Under the pieces are notes generated by a model, which did not search any database, was not told the DNA's origin, and saw only the letters and a program-made list of their open reading frames with translations. 64,000 bases of DNA, taken from NCBI RefSeq assembly GCF_009914755.1, contig NC_060940.1. One strand, given 5' to 3'. Each line of letters opens with the position of its first letter. The stretch's first letter is position 1. This stretch comes from the human T2T-CHM13v2.0 reference genome, Homo sapiens. Shown here piece after piece: positions 1 through 14,560 of the stretch. The translations under genes and the position numbers were made by a program.

Positions 1-175
1 CTTTTGAAAAGGTAGATTCCCAGGCCTTACCACAAGAGATTCTGAATCAGTTTGGAGGTATCTGTCTAACAAGTCACCTTTTCAATTAAAAAGAATTCAT
101 TATAGAAGCAGCCCACTGAGCTTTGAGAGGAAACACACAACCCCATCACCCTACTCTGTAACCCCCATGTATTGC

Positions 176-723
176 TGTGATGGTTAATACTGAGTGTCAA
201 CTTGATTGGATTGACGGATGCAAAGTATTGTTCCTGGGTGTATCTGTGAGGATGTTGCCAAAGGAGATTAACATTGGAGTCAGTGGACTGGGAGACGCAG
301 GCTCACCTTGAATCTGGGTGGGCACCATTTAATCAGCTGCCAGCATGGCTAGGATAAAAGCAGATAAAGGAACGGGAAAGGATTAGACTGGGCTGAGTCT
401 TCCAGCCTTCATTTCTCTCTTGTGCTGGGTGCTTCCTGCCGTCAAACATCGGACTCCAAGTTCTCCAGCTTTTGGACTCTTGGGGTGTTGCACCAGTGGT
501 TTCCCAGGAGCTCTCAGGCCTTCCGCCACAGACTGAAGGCTGCACTGTCGGCTCCCCTACTTTTGAGATTTTGGGACTTGGACTGGCTTCCTTGCTCCTC
601 AGCTTGCAGACAGCCTGTGTGGGACTTTGCCTGGTGATTGTGTGAGTCAATACTCGTTAATACAGTCTCTTTCAGATATACAACTATCCTATTAATCCTG
701 TTCCTCTAGAGAACCCTAATACA
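176..723 (+). mobile_element. MLT2A2-like solo LTR (ERVL/HERV-L)
   Basis: Starts TGTGATGGTTAATACTGAGTGTCAACTTGATTGGATTG and ends CTAGAGAACCCTAATACA; ~550 bp length fits MLT2A2 rather than the shorter MLT2A1. Confidence 0.9.
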
Positions 724-1141
724 AAGACGTTTGCCTCACAATCTTTCATGTTTGGGGGTAAAGAAATGAGAAACTGCAAAATGAAGTGACTTCTTAACTG
801 CACTCTGATTGCAGTATTCTATTCCCCGCCTCGCCCTCCCGCCCCTCACACACACAATTGTTCCACCTTCCCTGCACTGTGTGGCTTTACTTATACTGTG
901 GAAAATCTGCAGACATGTTGGATTATCCACCTTTTACCCCAAGTGTTTCCTTCCCGTGTTCCTTACTTTTTCTCAGCCCCGTTTACTATCCTTAGGTACT
1001 TGTAAAATCACGAAACAAGATCCCTGCTCCAAAGACATTTGTAGAAGACAAAACAGACCTTTCAAGAGAAGATGATGCCTATGACTGGGGTTCCATAGCA
1101 AATGGTACATACAGGAGCCACTGAAGATGACATGTGGAAGT

Positions 1142-1510
1142 TGTCTGTTCTCACACTACTATGAAGAAATACCTGGGACTGGGTAATTTATAAAGGAAAG
1201 AGGTTTAATTGACTCACAGTTCTGCATGGCTGGGGAAGCCTCAGGAAACTTAAACTTACAATCTTGGCAAAAGGCAAAGGAGAAGCAGGCACCTTCTTCA
1301 CAGGGCAGCAGGACAGAGTGAGTGCAAGAAGGGGAAATGCCAGACGCTTCGAAACCCATCAGATCATGTGAGATTCCCTCACTATCACAAGAACAGCATG
1401 GAGGAAACCACCCCCATGATCCACTTACCTCCACCTGGTCCCAGGTGGGACTTACAGGGATTACAATTCTAGGTGGGATTTGGGTGGAGACATAGAGCCA
1501 AACCATATCA
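1142..1510 (-). mobile_element. THE1D-like MaLR solo LTR
   Basis: Ends GCCAAACCATATCA (reverse complement of the THE1 start TGATATGGTTTGGC); 5-bp TSD GAAGT at 1137-1141 and 1511-1515. Confidence 0.88.
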
Positions 1511-2279
1511 GAAGTGTTGTTTACATTTCCTTAGCTCTTCAAAAGCTAATTTCCCCAATTTCAACTTGACTGTAAATGTGAAATCTTCATTCTTCAACTG
1601 TTTGCATCACCTTTGAGTGATTCCTCAACCTAACCAAAGAGTTCTCTAGTAAGAAAATTAAACACTCAAACCTGGCTGCTTATTGTTGTAATCAATAGTA
1701 GAGCCTTGACTTTCATAACACATCCTCACTTAGAAATGCTTCATAATCTCATGACTTTGTAAATGTGACTGTGTTTTGTGTGGACTTGAACCACAGTGAA
1801 GCTTGATGTCCGTAGTGTTCATTTTTTAATGGATATTTTACTATGCAGAAAATATTTGCACACACATTGTCTCTTCTGGCCCTTGAAACATTCCTTGTGT
1901 GGCTGAAGAAAGTCAATAGTGGAACCATTTAATAGATAAGGACATTGAAGTTCAGGCATATTAAATGCAAAATCACAGGATGATGGGATGGCACAGTCAA
2001 GGAGAGGATGCTGGTCTGAGGCCTCATATTTTGGTCCTCTTTCTGCTTTACCTCTCACTGCCACTTTCTCAAAGAATATCAGATTCTCACATATATCTGG
2101 CAAATGTGTCCTTTTTGACATTCTAGGCTTCATCTAAAATGATGCTTCTGTGCAGAAATTCAGTCCTGACCACAGGACTCCAGGAAATGCCTATCATGAG
2201 CAACAGTGAGAACTGCCCCCGCGGTATTTGTGTTTCAAATCTATCTACAGAAAAGATTGAGAACCAGAAGCCCTTTTCG

Positions 2280-2700
2280 TTTTTTGAAAGCTAGCTGACT
2301 CACTGTTCAAGAAAGGAGAACACTTTCAATTATGCTGTTTGACTGCAGTGTCAGGGATCCAAAGGAAATGACTCCATCCCTTCCCTTTCATCCCAACCTC
2401 AGTGACAGCAAATTCTGATGTGACTGAGGGTTGGCTTGTGAAGGAGTCATTAGGAAATTCTGCCTAAGCCATAGCGCGATGAGAAGGATGTATCCTATGG
2501 TGGTGATTTTCCTGTGCCCCCTCAGAGGAAAGTTGTCAGATGAGCAGGTGGAGTATTCTATAGCAAACAGCAAGCTAATAGGTTACACAGATAACTCTCT
2601 GACTTTGCCTTACAGAACCTGTGCTATTGACCTTAGGGCAAGGTTCATGCTCAGGGGGCCAACTCTGTGGGTTAGGATTTGAGTTTAAGCAGCTTCTGCT
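2280..2700. promoter_or_regulatory. Candidate AP-1/ETS-type enhancer (repeat-free)
   Basis: TGACTCA at 2296-2302, AP-1-like ATGACTCC/GGAGTCAT and several AGGAAA cores; motif evidence only. Confidence 0.3.
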
Positions 2701-2966
2701 CATATTTCATGGCAAGCCCAAAGTCCTCTGCTCTCCAGTGAATAGGTCAGGCTATGCTGGTTCCATAGTTAGTTAAATAAAGCAAAACTTAGGTGTCTGG
2801 AGCCTAGGTCCAAGCTGAGGACGTGCTGGTTGCATTATCTCAGGGAAGCAAGAGTGAAGCATCCATGTGAAATGCATCTCATGACCATCTTCGACTTTTT
2901 CACTTGGCAAATATGAGTACTTGAAACCTGAAAGGGACTGTGACTTTCTAAAATCATACAGAGAGG

Positions 2967-3344
<378 letters not shown>

Positions 3345-3429
3345 CTAGGCCAAGTGTACATCTGTCACCTCAATGTTTATGAGTCTATGTCTGGATACTT
3401 GGAATACAATTCCAACTTCTTTTCTAGGT

Positions 3430-3918
3430 TTTCACAGCTTTGAAGAAGCTCCATCCTGTGTCCCTGGGCCTCATTCCCTACATCTTCTAATCTCCTTCTC
3501 TTTGTTCACTTCCTTGAGCCATAGTAACCTCGTTTTGTTTATTGAATGCAATATATCAGCCTCAGAGCCTTTTCCTGACTGCTCTTGGTCTGCAGTTCTC
3601 TCCCTGTGATGCATCTGCAGATTTTATCTTCCCATTCTTCAGACCAGGGCTCAGAAGTCACTTTCTCTGAGAGGCATTGCTGTGGGGCGATATTCAAAAT
3701 TGTCCACCCTCTTCATCACATGACTTCACTTTCTTGTTCTCTTAATGTCAACCTCTGAAATTATCTTTTGACATGTGTGTTTAATTGATTTTCACTTTTG
3801 TTGCTCTTGCTCTGGACGGCAATCTCAGTGAGTACTTTGTTCATCACTGTATCCCTGGTAGCTCCGACAATGCCTTTCAAATAGGAAATGCTTAAGTAAT
3901 ATATGCTCAATGAATTGA
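3430..3918 (+). mobile_element. L2 3' fragment
   Basis: Degenerate L2 3' motifs (TTCATCACTGTATCCC...AATATATGCTCAATGAAT). Confidence 0.6.
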
Positions 3919-5450
3919 TACATGAGATGCACGTTTATTTGCTTGTGATTTCTTTTTCTTGAAATCAGGATCCACCTTGAGCCTGATATCTACATTTTCA
4001 ATGGTAGTGCTGCTTTTTGCTGTATTTCCATAAATTCAAATACCTATATATCTACAGCGATGCCTATACACATATTGACATTTTGTCTATTATTATATTA
4101 GGGAGTTTCCCTTGTTAGAGCTAGATTTTGGACTCCTCAATCATCTTCAACTTTTCAGGAGTTGGCAGCCCAGTCTTGGTTGATACTACGACTGTCGACT
4201 CCACCACATAGCTGCAACATTGGTAAATTTTGATTTTCAAATACAAATAAATTTAATCCTTAATAATTTTCAGATGGGAAATTTCTGGGGGTTTAGTAAA
4301 AATTATGGCAATAACTAGAGACTTCTTTTAAAGTTATTAATTCACACTTAGAACTAATGGCATAGGAAAAACTTCTGTTTTCTTGATTACGAACTGCAAA
4401 AGCAAATGGTTTGGTCACTATTATTTCTGTAGAAAAAGTGATGTTATAGAATTAAAGATACTTGCTTCTCCAAGATTTCCTTCCCTCCCTCCTTTCTTCC
4501 CTCTGTACATCCTTCTCCTCCTCCATTTTCTTTTCTCCTTTCCTTTCTCCTTTTCTTCTCCTTTTTTTAATTGTCTCTTTCTTCATCCCCTTTCTTTCTT
4601 ACAAAAATGGCTTTCTGAAGCAGTAAAACCACAGTCTCAAATGAATGCAAGCTCACATTCCTCAATGGGAAGGTGATTTTCCAAAAGCTCACCTTTTTAA
4701 AGGCAATTTTTAAAAGGAAATCCTCACTTTCTCCATACAAAAATCACCCTTGTCAGATGGGCTTCTGAGATAAAGATGAAGTGATCACTGTGCCCCCAAT
4801 TATACAAGATACTGTATTTTTACAAAGGAGTTTACCTTGGAGAATAAAATTATTTTTTTCCTGATTTAAAATTGTTCTTGCAAAATTGCTATCTCCTTTT
4901 CTCAAGGTATGTATAGTGCACCATGATAACCTCAGCAAATAAATGTAGTTCCAGCAGGAAAGGAGGAAAAAGCCTGTGTGGTATAACACTCTCTGGCTGA
5001 CAGATCAGCCCACATTGCAAAACACGAGGAGAGTAAAACAAATGACGAATAAATGAGAAAGCAAGCAGGATAGTGATTGACCCCTACTCCACAAATGGAG
5101 GGGCACTTGCACCCAGGGAGAGAATCCAATTGGGCATTATGATCGCAGGTATGCTTTTATGGGTATTCTTGAGAAGGCAAAGAAGAACTTATTCCAGTCC
5201 TGCCTCTATGTGGACACGTTTTCCCTCTGGCTCCAAAACTGCAATTGTCTCCCTTATGGTGCTTGGTAATGAATCCTCAGCTCTGTGACATAAAGGCCAA
5301 AGAGGTTTGTTTTGTATCCGTGGAGTTTGCAAAGAGATTAGCAGGGTGTAAAGTAATGAAAAAAATAAAAACATATGGAAACAGGGGCTTTGCGTTTTCC
5401 TTTTGCCCTGGGTGTGTTTGGAAGCTGAGAACTGGGGAAAGGAGCACTGA

Positions 5451-5822
<372 letters not shown>

Positions 5823-6397
5823 TAGGACAGGGTCAGTCAACTCTCCTGCTAGGAGCACTTGTAGCCAAAATGATGACTGCTGTTGTAATTTCTGTTTCAG
5901 TTTTTTCCAATCAGAGTAGTATCTTGAAGCAGAGGTATGCAGATAAAATTTTTGAGGCTTCTTTCTAATGCAGCAAAAATAGATTGAGCATTTGATGTAT
6001 ATTAATCACTGTTCCAGGTGCCCTGGGAGAAAATTAAATAAGCCTGTTCTTGCCGTTATGTAAATTAGTGATGTAGAGGGAGAGGCAGATATACACACAA
6101 GTACTTATAAGTAAAGGTCAAACTTTGTATTTTACTTTTGTATTGTATTTGGCTATCTCTCCCATCAGAATGGAAATTCCTTGAGGGCAGGGATTTGGGA
6201 GAGAAGGGTTTAGTTTGTTAACTATTTTGTTCCATTCACTAGAAAATAGTAAGCACCCAATAAATAATTACAAAATCAAGGAATTAGAAAAGTAGGTATA
6301 AAGGGCAACACAGAAGTTCCAGAGAATCAGAATTGTTCCAATAGGTTTGCTCTAGAAGAAATTGTGTTTGAGCATGGATTTGAATAAGACACGATAT

Positions 6398-6940
6398 CCT
6401 TCCCAGCCTCTGGTAGCCATCCGCCTACTCTATGTTCATAAGTTCAACTGTTGTGATTTTTAGATCCCACAAATAAGTCAGAACATGCAATGTTTACATT
6501 GCATCCCTTTATCAAAACATCTCATGTACCCCATAAATGTATATACCTACTGATATGGTTTGGCTGTGTCCCCACCCAAATCTCCCCTTGAACTGCAGCT
6601 CCCTTAATCCCCACGTGTTGTGGGAGAAACCTGATGGGAGGTAACTAAATCATGGGGGCAAGTCTTTCCCATGCTGTTCTGGTGATAGTAAGTCTCACAA
6701 GATCTGATGGTTTTATAAAGGGCAGTTCCCCTGCACAGGCCCTCTTGGCGGCTGCCGTGTAAGACATGACTTTGCTCCTCCTTCACCTTCTACCACGATT
6801 GTGAGGCCTCCCCAGCCATGTGGGACTGTGAGTCCATTAAATCTCTTTTTCTTTATAAAGTACCCAGTCTCGAGTATTTCTTCACAGCAGTATGAAAATT
6901 GACTAATAAACCTACTATGTATCCACAACATTTTTAACTT
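6398..6940 (+). mobile_element. Short L1MA2/3-like 3'UTR insertion with 5' inversion, interrupted by THE1
   Basis: 6398-6495 is antisense L1MA 3'UTR (TAGATCCCACAAATAAGT); 6496-6550 plus 6911-6940 is the sense terminus (CAAAACATCTCATGTACCCCATAAAT...CCTACTATGTA). Confidence 0.75.
6551..6910 (+). mobile_element. THE1B-like MaLR solo LTR nested in L1MA
   Basis: TGATATGGTTTGGCTGTGTCCCCACCCAAATCTC start; perfect TSD CCTAC at 6546-6550 and 6911-6915. Confidence 0.9.
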
Positions 6941-7511
6941 TCTAAAAATGTAGAAGTAAATAAATATAAATATCATGCACAAGGTTGATAGTGAAGCCAG
7001 GAAAAAAAAATGATGAAACAACTTTAGTTCTTTGATTATAAAATTGATATCATATCATAATATAAATTAATTTTGGGAAAAATAAAGAGCAGTGAGCAAC
7101 CCAAAGGCTCAATTTCCCGAGAACCACATGTGCTACAAAGGTACATTCTTCCCTTTTTAAAAATTTTCCTCAACATGTTTATCCCACACAGCTGCAGAGC
7201 CTTCCCTGCACTTGTGATACAAAATCTTACTTCTTTCAAGTAGTGTGTGTCTATGTTGTTATGCAAGTCTTCATAGGTATTATTTTCAGGAAAGGAGTGA
7301 GATCCTCCACCAAGTTAGCCAAAACATGATTCACTCAAGTATTCAATGAGTTGGGCTGTAAAAGACAGGTCAGCAAAAAACCAGAGGCAGGCAAGGACAG
7401 GTGGTCCTAATGGAAAGTTGAGTTGTGCCATGATGAGTGTATAATGGCGTGAGGGACAAAGAAGGTGAGACTGAGAATAAAAGTGGATGCCCACAGTTTA
7501 AACTGCTCTGT

Positions 7512-7774
<263 letters not shown>

Positions 7775-8379
7775 TAAACTGCTCTATGGCCCCAGAGATC
7801 CTTTGATGCTTACAGGAAGGGGGCTGAAAGATTTCAGCAGTGGAAATCACATGAACTGGTCCTTGAAGATGTAGAATTCTACTAAAAGGAGAACAAGAAA
7901 AAACACGAGCAAAACCTTAGCAGATGAGGTTAGTACAGGAGAAGTAATTGTCTACAAGGAGCCACTGTGTCACGAGAAAAAATATTTTGGTTTATAATTT
8001 GAAGTCCTGAATGCCATTTGACTCATGGTCTTGTTATCCTCAGTCAGAACACCAGGTTCACTTAATAAGCTTTTGCACACATGGCTGAGGCCTATTGTCC
8101 CTGCAGCAAAGAGTGATTTCTGGGTGTGCCGAGAGTATCTGCTGAATGTGGGCAATAAGGAGGTTTCCCTCTCTCACCAAAGGCCAGATAGGGACTTTTT
8201 GTCAAAGCATCCTGGTCTCCCAATCTGGGGCACTCAGATTCCTCCACGCTTCTGTCTTTCTAGAAGCCCAGAGGATGAATCCCAACTTTCTGGTGATACT
8301 TTGGAGCAATGCAGGGGGTACTGAAACGCCAAATGCATGCCCTAAATGACCACCAATGACTCCTGTTTTTATACATATA

Positions 8380-8665
8380 TTTTTGCGACTGAGTCTTACT
8401 CTGTCACCCAGGCTTGAGTGCAGTGGTGCCATCTCAGCTCACTGCAACTTCCACCTCACTGTTTCAGGCAATTCTCCTGCCTCAGCCTCCTGAGTAGCTG
8501 GATTCACAGGCGTCCACCACCACACCTGGCTAATTTTTGTGTTTTTAGTAGAGACGGGGTTTTGCCATGTTGTTCAGGCTGGTCTTGAACTCCTGACCTC
8601 AAGTGATCCGCTCGCCTCGGCCTCCCAAAGAGCTGCGATTACAGGCATGAGCTACCATGCCTGGC
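8380..8665 (-). mobile_element. AluS
   Basis: Antisense Alu dimer. Confidence 0.93.
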
Positions 8666-8829
8666 TTGTTTATAAATTTTGTTCTTAAAGATACATTCTT
8701 CAGTGTCATCTCCAGCAACGTTAATCAACAGTTAAGGACACCGTGATATTTGTTTTGTGGTAAAACTTGTTTTAGAAGAACGCGTGTTTAATCAAAGGGA
8801 GACTGTCATGTATTTTCACATCCATTTCC

Positions 8830-9520
<691 letters not shown>

Positions 9521-9798
9521 TTATAGATGATTGTAATTTTCATATATATATACAGTTATATAAATTACATGTATCTCTATATATTTATATAGAGAGATAA
9601 CATATATATGAATTAGAACCATCTATATAATTTATAATACTAATTTGTAGCACATTATTTGGTTTCTAAGGTAACCAGTGACATGTTCTCTGTAATCCTT
9701 AACAAGTATCTTCCCCCATCTTAGGTCTCAGATCCTTCATCTATACATGGATGGGACGAGATCTAAGCTTCTTGTGGTTTTTCGATAGTAAAGAAACT

Positions 9799-10662
9799 CA
9801 ATGAACACTGATACATGGTTAGTGGGAATGTAAATTGGTACAGCCACTATGAAAAACAGTATGGAGGGTCCTCAGAAAACTAAAAATAGAACTATCCTGT
9901 GATCCAGCAATCCCACTTCTGATTATATATCCAAAGGAAATAAAATTATTCTGTTGAAGGGATATCTGCACTCTCATGTTCATTGCAGCATTATTCACAA
10001 TAGCCAATGTATGGAAGCAAACTGTGTCCATCAGTGGATTAATGGATAAGAAAATGTGGTACATACACAATGGAATAGTATACACCCTTTACAAAGAAGA
10101 AAATTCTCTCATTTATGACAACATAGATGAACCTGAAGGACAGTGTGCTTAGTAAAAGAAGCTAGGTATAGAAAGACAAATGCTTCATGATCTGATTTAT
10201 ATGTGGAATTGAAAAAAACCCATCTCATCGAAATAGAGTAGTATGGTGGTTACCAGGGGTGGTGCGAGGAGGGATGGGGAAAGAGGAAATGTTGGTCAAA
10301 GTGTACAAAGTTTCACTTAGACAGGAGGAATGAGTTTTAGTGATCTAGTGCACAGCATAGTTTAAAATACTGCATCGTATATTTCAAAATTGTTTTAAAA
10401 ACAGATTTTAAACATTCTCAGCACACACAAAAAAACCCATAGGGAGGTGACGTCATGGATACGTTACGTAGCTTGATTTAATCTTTCTATGTCAAAACAT
10501 CACATGATACCTCACAAATAATGTAATTATAATATAATTACATATAATTATAGTAATAGTTATAATAATATAGTACATATAGTATATGCTAAGAATTATA
10601 ATATAATAATATAAATTATTATTTGTCAATTAATTAATTAGCTAACCAATACATTTTTTAAA
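9799..10662 (+). mobile_element. L1MA (MA7-9-like) 5'-truncated 3' end
   Basis: Decayed ORF2 C-terminus plus 3'UTR; 14-bp TSD ATAGTAAAGAAACT (9785-9798, 10663-10676). Confidence 0.85.
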
Positions 10663-10834
10663 ATAGTAAAGAAACTTACTGGCATAGTTTATAACTGGAT
10701 TTTGGTTTTATAAATTATTTCACACATGGACCATTCAGCAGCCAGTCAGCAACTATGAAATGAATTAATTCAAAGTGTCCTGCCTGGGAAAAATTCTTGG
10801 CAAATGTTTCCTTATATCTCATGATCTTCCATTC

Positions 10835-11047
10835 CAGGGGTGGCAGACAACAGCCTGCAGGCTAGCCACCTGTTTTTGTAAATAGAGTTATATTGGAACC
10901 CAGCCATGCCTGTTGGCTTATAGATTGTCTATGGCCACTTTAGTGCTTCAAGGGCAGAGCTGAATAGTGGCAGGGCAGACTGTGTCCCCCACTGTGCCCA
11001 AAATATTTACTATTTGACCATTTAGGAAAAAAGCTTGCCAACCACTG
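10835..11047. mobile_element. MER58A (hAT-Charlie MITE)
   Basis: CAGGGGTGGCA...TGCCAACCACTG terminal inverted repeats; internal CCTGTTTTTGTAAATA and AAAATATTTACTAT. Confidence 0.8.
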
Positions 11048-11594
11048 TCATATTTCATTACCATTGTTATTGCAAAAGTCCTGGATTCATTCAACCATAT
11101 ATTTTGTCAAGAAAAATTGTGGAAGACTCTGATTTGAACAAAGAAGATTACTGGGTATACTGTGTCGTGTACCCTCCTGGGTTATGTGTGCCTTTCCCCT
11201 CTTTAACCTCTTTTATAATTCTATAAGTGGTAGAAAACTGAGATGAATGCAGATGATCCTTATCCAAAGAAAAGCAAATGAATTGTGTCCTGTGAAATGC
11301 AATTGATTTATACCCTTTGGATATTGACCGGTTTCACTGCGATATTTGGGTGTATTTCAAATTCATTTCAATATCCTTGATTGCCTATAAAAATATGGGA
11401 TTTTTAAGCTTTCCTTTGAACTAATTGTAACATCTTACTGGCTCCCTTATGAACTGACAAAAAAATAAAAATCTTTGGCAGATATTCATTTTCTATTTGT
11501 ATGTGAATCATGATTTTACCAATATAAAAAATGTCTTTTATTAACTTCTATGTTATACATATGCACACCTAAAGCCCTGTGCTGAACAGAAAGC

Positions 11595-11830
11595 ACAGAG
11601 TTAGGGTTAAAAGGGAATCCTTGAGTTAGAGGACTTCAGTTTGTCTCCTGACCACACTATTAATTAGGTGTTTGAAGTCGAGCAAATCACTTAACATCTC
11701 TAAAGCTCAATTTTCTCCTCTGTAACACGGTTATCAGAATAATTCCTACCTCATATGGTGGTATGAGGATTAAATAACATAATCCATGCACAATTATCTA
11801 ACATTCAGTAAACAACCTGGCAATGTTAAC
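11595..11830 (+). mobile_element. MIR
   Basis: MIR core GCAAATCACTTAACATCTCT...CTGTAA...CCTACCTCAT...TGAGGATTAAATAA. Confidence 0.8.
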
Positions 11831-11939
11831 TACGGCTGTAACTGTCATTGGAAATTGCATTCTCATTCATTAACTGAATGAGATTTTCTGCATCCACATC
11901 ATCTTACCTTCTGCCAGTTGCCTGTATGCAATGCCACTG

Positions 11940-12370
11940 ACCTGGTTTGAGTTCTTTTGAAAGCAGAGCCTGAGATAAGATTTGGAGCAGGTTGGTTTTT
12001 AGACAATGTCCCTGGAGGCAAGAATGAAAAAGCAGCAAAAGTGAGAACTAGAGGGAAGAAAAGAGGAAAAGGATGTTTTTTTCCTCCACATGGGTACCAC
12101 TGTAGAAGCTGGGGCTCAGTCTTGCTGGAGACTCTCCAAAAAACTGTAGGATTTGCCTCAGAACTGTCTCTTCTAAAGACAGGAGGCCCAGACATTAGCT
12201 GTCAACATCCACCGCTCATTGGCAGAAGATATTATCCAGGGACATCAATTCTTCCTCAATTCCTGGCTACGCAGATTGAGGCCTGAGCAAACTCTGGTGG
12301 CACAGAAATGAACCTTGAGACAAAGTTAGGTGCTTGGGGAGGACTGCTGTTGGTATGTTTGGGAACTGTT
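11940..12370 (-). mobile_element. Ancient ERVL LTR (LTR33-like)
   Basis: AAGCAGAGCCTGAGATAAGATTTGG terminus resembles LTR33 family in reverse. Confidence 0.5.
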
Positions 12371-13039
12371 CATAACAATAGATGCATTGGATCCCCAAAG
12401 ACAGGCCTAACCGATATGACAGGAACACAAAATTATTGCCTATACCCACCATTGAAAGCAGATAAATGAGTATCCTGCCCAATCTCTTCTCACACCACTG
12501 CTGAACATACTCTCTGTGTTCCCACACCTTTCACAGAAGCAGAAAGCCTAAAGAGTATGAGCATAGCAGCCATGCCAGGACCACCAGATGCAACAGGGTG
12601 GGGAAGTCAGTTCTTGCCTTAGTGGTGAGGCAAGGAAGATTCCTCTCCATCCCTGCTGCAGAGACTTATCCTGTTCCAGGATTGGGGTTTGCAATGGGAC
12701 CTTCTGATTTCTCCCCTATGGAATGCTTCAAGGAGGGCCTTAGAGAATGACAGGAGCCTGGATGTACCTCCCCAGTAGCCAAACACTCAGGAGGAGAGCC
12801 GGCTGGACTTTCTAGATCTTTTGTTTGCTTGCATCTAGGGGAATCACAATTGGATATCTTATAATACAGCCATTCCTCCTCTTAGAACTTCTCAGGTTGT
12901 TGGTCAACTACCTGAAATTTGCATTTTAAATACGTGGCATTTGAAATTCATATGTAACTATAATGCACTGATGCTACGTTGTTCAGCCGTTTACCAAACA
13001 CTCAGTCTCTTCGCCTGTATTATCTCAAAAGTTTATAAC

Positions 13040-13424
13040 AAAGGCAAACTACAGAGACAGTAAAAAGATCAGTGGTTGCCGGGGCTCTGGAAGTAGGAAA
13101 GGATGAATAGATGGAGCATAGGGGATTTTTAGGACAGTGCACCTATTCTGTATAATATGGTAATGGCCAATCCATGATAATATAGATTTGTAAAAATCCG
13201 TATAACTGTACAACACAAAAGTAAACCCTAATGCAAACTGAGGACTTTATTAATAATAAGATATCGATATTGTTTCATCAATTATATCAAATACACCACA
13301 CAAACACAGGATGTTAGGAAAAACAGTGTTGGGGGGAGAGGAATATAGGGGAACTTGTACTTTCTGCTCCATTTTTTATAAACTTAAATTGCTCTAAAAA
13401 TAAAGTGCATTAAGAAAAAAAAAA
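13040..13424 (+). mobile_element. L1MC-like 3'UTR fragment
   Basis: AAAGGCAAACTACAGAGACAGTAAAAAGATCAGTGGTTGCC...CTCTAAAAATAAAGT plus A-tail. Confidence 0.8.
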
Positions 13425-13559
13425 CTTTATAGCAAATCCTTATAATTGTATCCTTGCTACAGATGAGGCTCTGACTGGCTAGAGAAGTTCTTGTAGGGGC
13501 CACAAGTCTGGTAACGGCCCAGCAGAGATGGGGACCCTGGTTTATGAGGCTCTGAAGCT

Positions 13560-14560
13560 CAGGTCCCTGCCATTCAGTCTCCTCACTTCCTTCTTCACTG
13601 GCCTCCTGCCTCCTGGTGCGGTGCTCTCTTCTCCGTGGCGAGCTGCCTTTGCTCTTCACTCTCCATGCTGCTTTGACATGGCCCGTCCCCTTGTGTCAGC
13701 CTGCCAGCACTCTGCAGTCACGCTGGGCGAGTGGCTCACCAACCTGAGGCTTCCTAATGAGCCTGTGAAGTGCCATCAATCCTCGGTCCCCATTTCACTG
13801 AGGCATCTCGGCGCTGTGATGTATGGATCAATCTAAGCGTTTCTGGTCTTTGAAAAGCCTAGTCCAGTGGCAGCCCTGGGAATCCGGCTCACTCGGTTAC
13901 CCTTTCGCTAATTTATAATTTAGCTGACACAACTCCACGGCTGTTTTATTTGTCTCAAATGAATGTCAATTGGTACAGAGGACAAGGCGTTTGGGAGGTA
14001 AATTAACGAAATCATTACATGAATTAGACCGCGTTGAAATACAACACCCATTCCTTCTTCCACTTTTTTTTTTTTAACATTTCACAAAGAGCCTTCCCCT
14101 CCCCACTCTGGCACCCTGACACACTTCTATATCCTCTCTCAATCCTACACCTCAAAATAATTTACTCTGGATATAGTAGCACAGCTGGGAGTATAATCTC
14201 CAAATATATAAATAATAATGAGAACCTTTAATAAAATCAGACATAAGTTATACAGCAGACATCAATTACAATGGATTTTAAAGGTTTTGATCTAGAACCT
14301 GGGTGGTGTTACATTTAGACTAATATCTGTAACCATGATTTATGTGTTTGCAACCAAAATGGTTTCAGTGCCTCGATATATGTCCAAAGGAAAATTTATA
14401 GTCTGCTACAGAATGTATAAATAATGAACAGCCATATGTCATCACACATTTAAAAATGTGACTCCTTCTGCAGCAGCAATGGGATAAAATGAATTAAAAT
14501 CTTAAGTTCATTGGGAATCAACGTATTTGGGAGCACTTTAAGAAATGTGCACAAATGCAA
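13560..14560. promoter_or_regulatory. Candidate conserved developmental enhancer
   Basis: Repeat-free; 18 CpG counted in 13619-14033; ATCAAT x3 and multiple TAAT/TTAA homeodomain cores. Confidence 0.4.

Noticed and set aside
1-80. Possible MER5-type fragment
   Set aside because: Too short and degenerate, and truncated by the window edge
333-650. 105-aa ORF
   Set aside because: Lies entirely within the MLT2A LTR
13528-13836. 102-aa ORF in the CpG-retaining island
   Set aside because: No recognisable homology or splice structure; expected by chance in more GC-rich DNA
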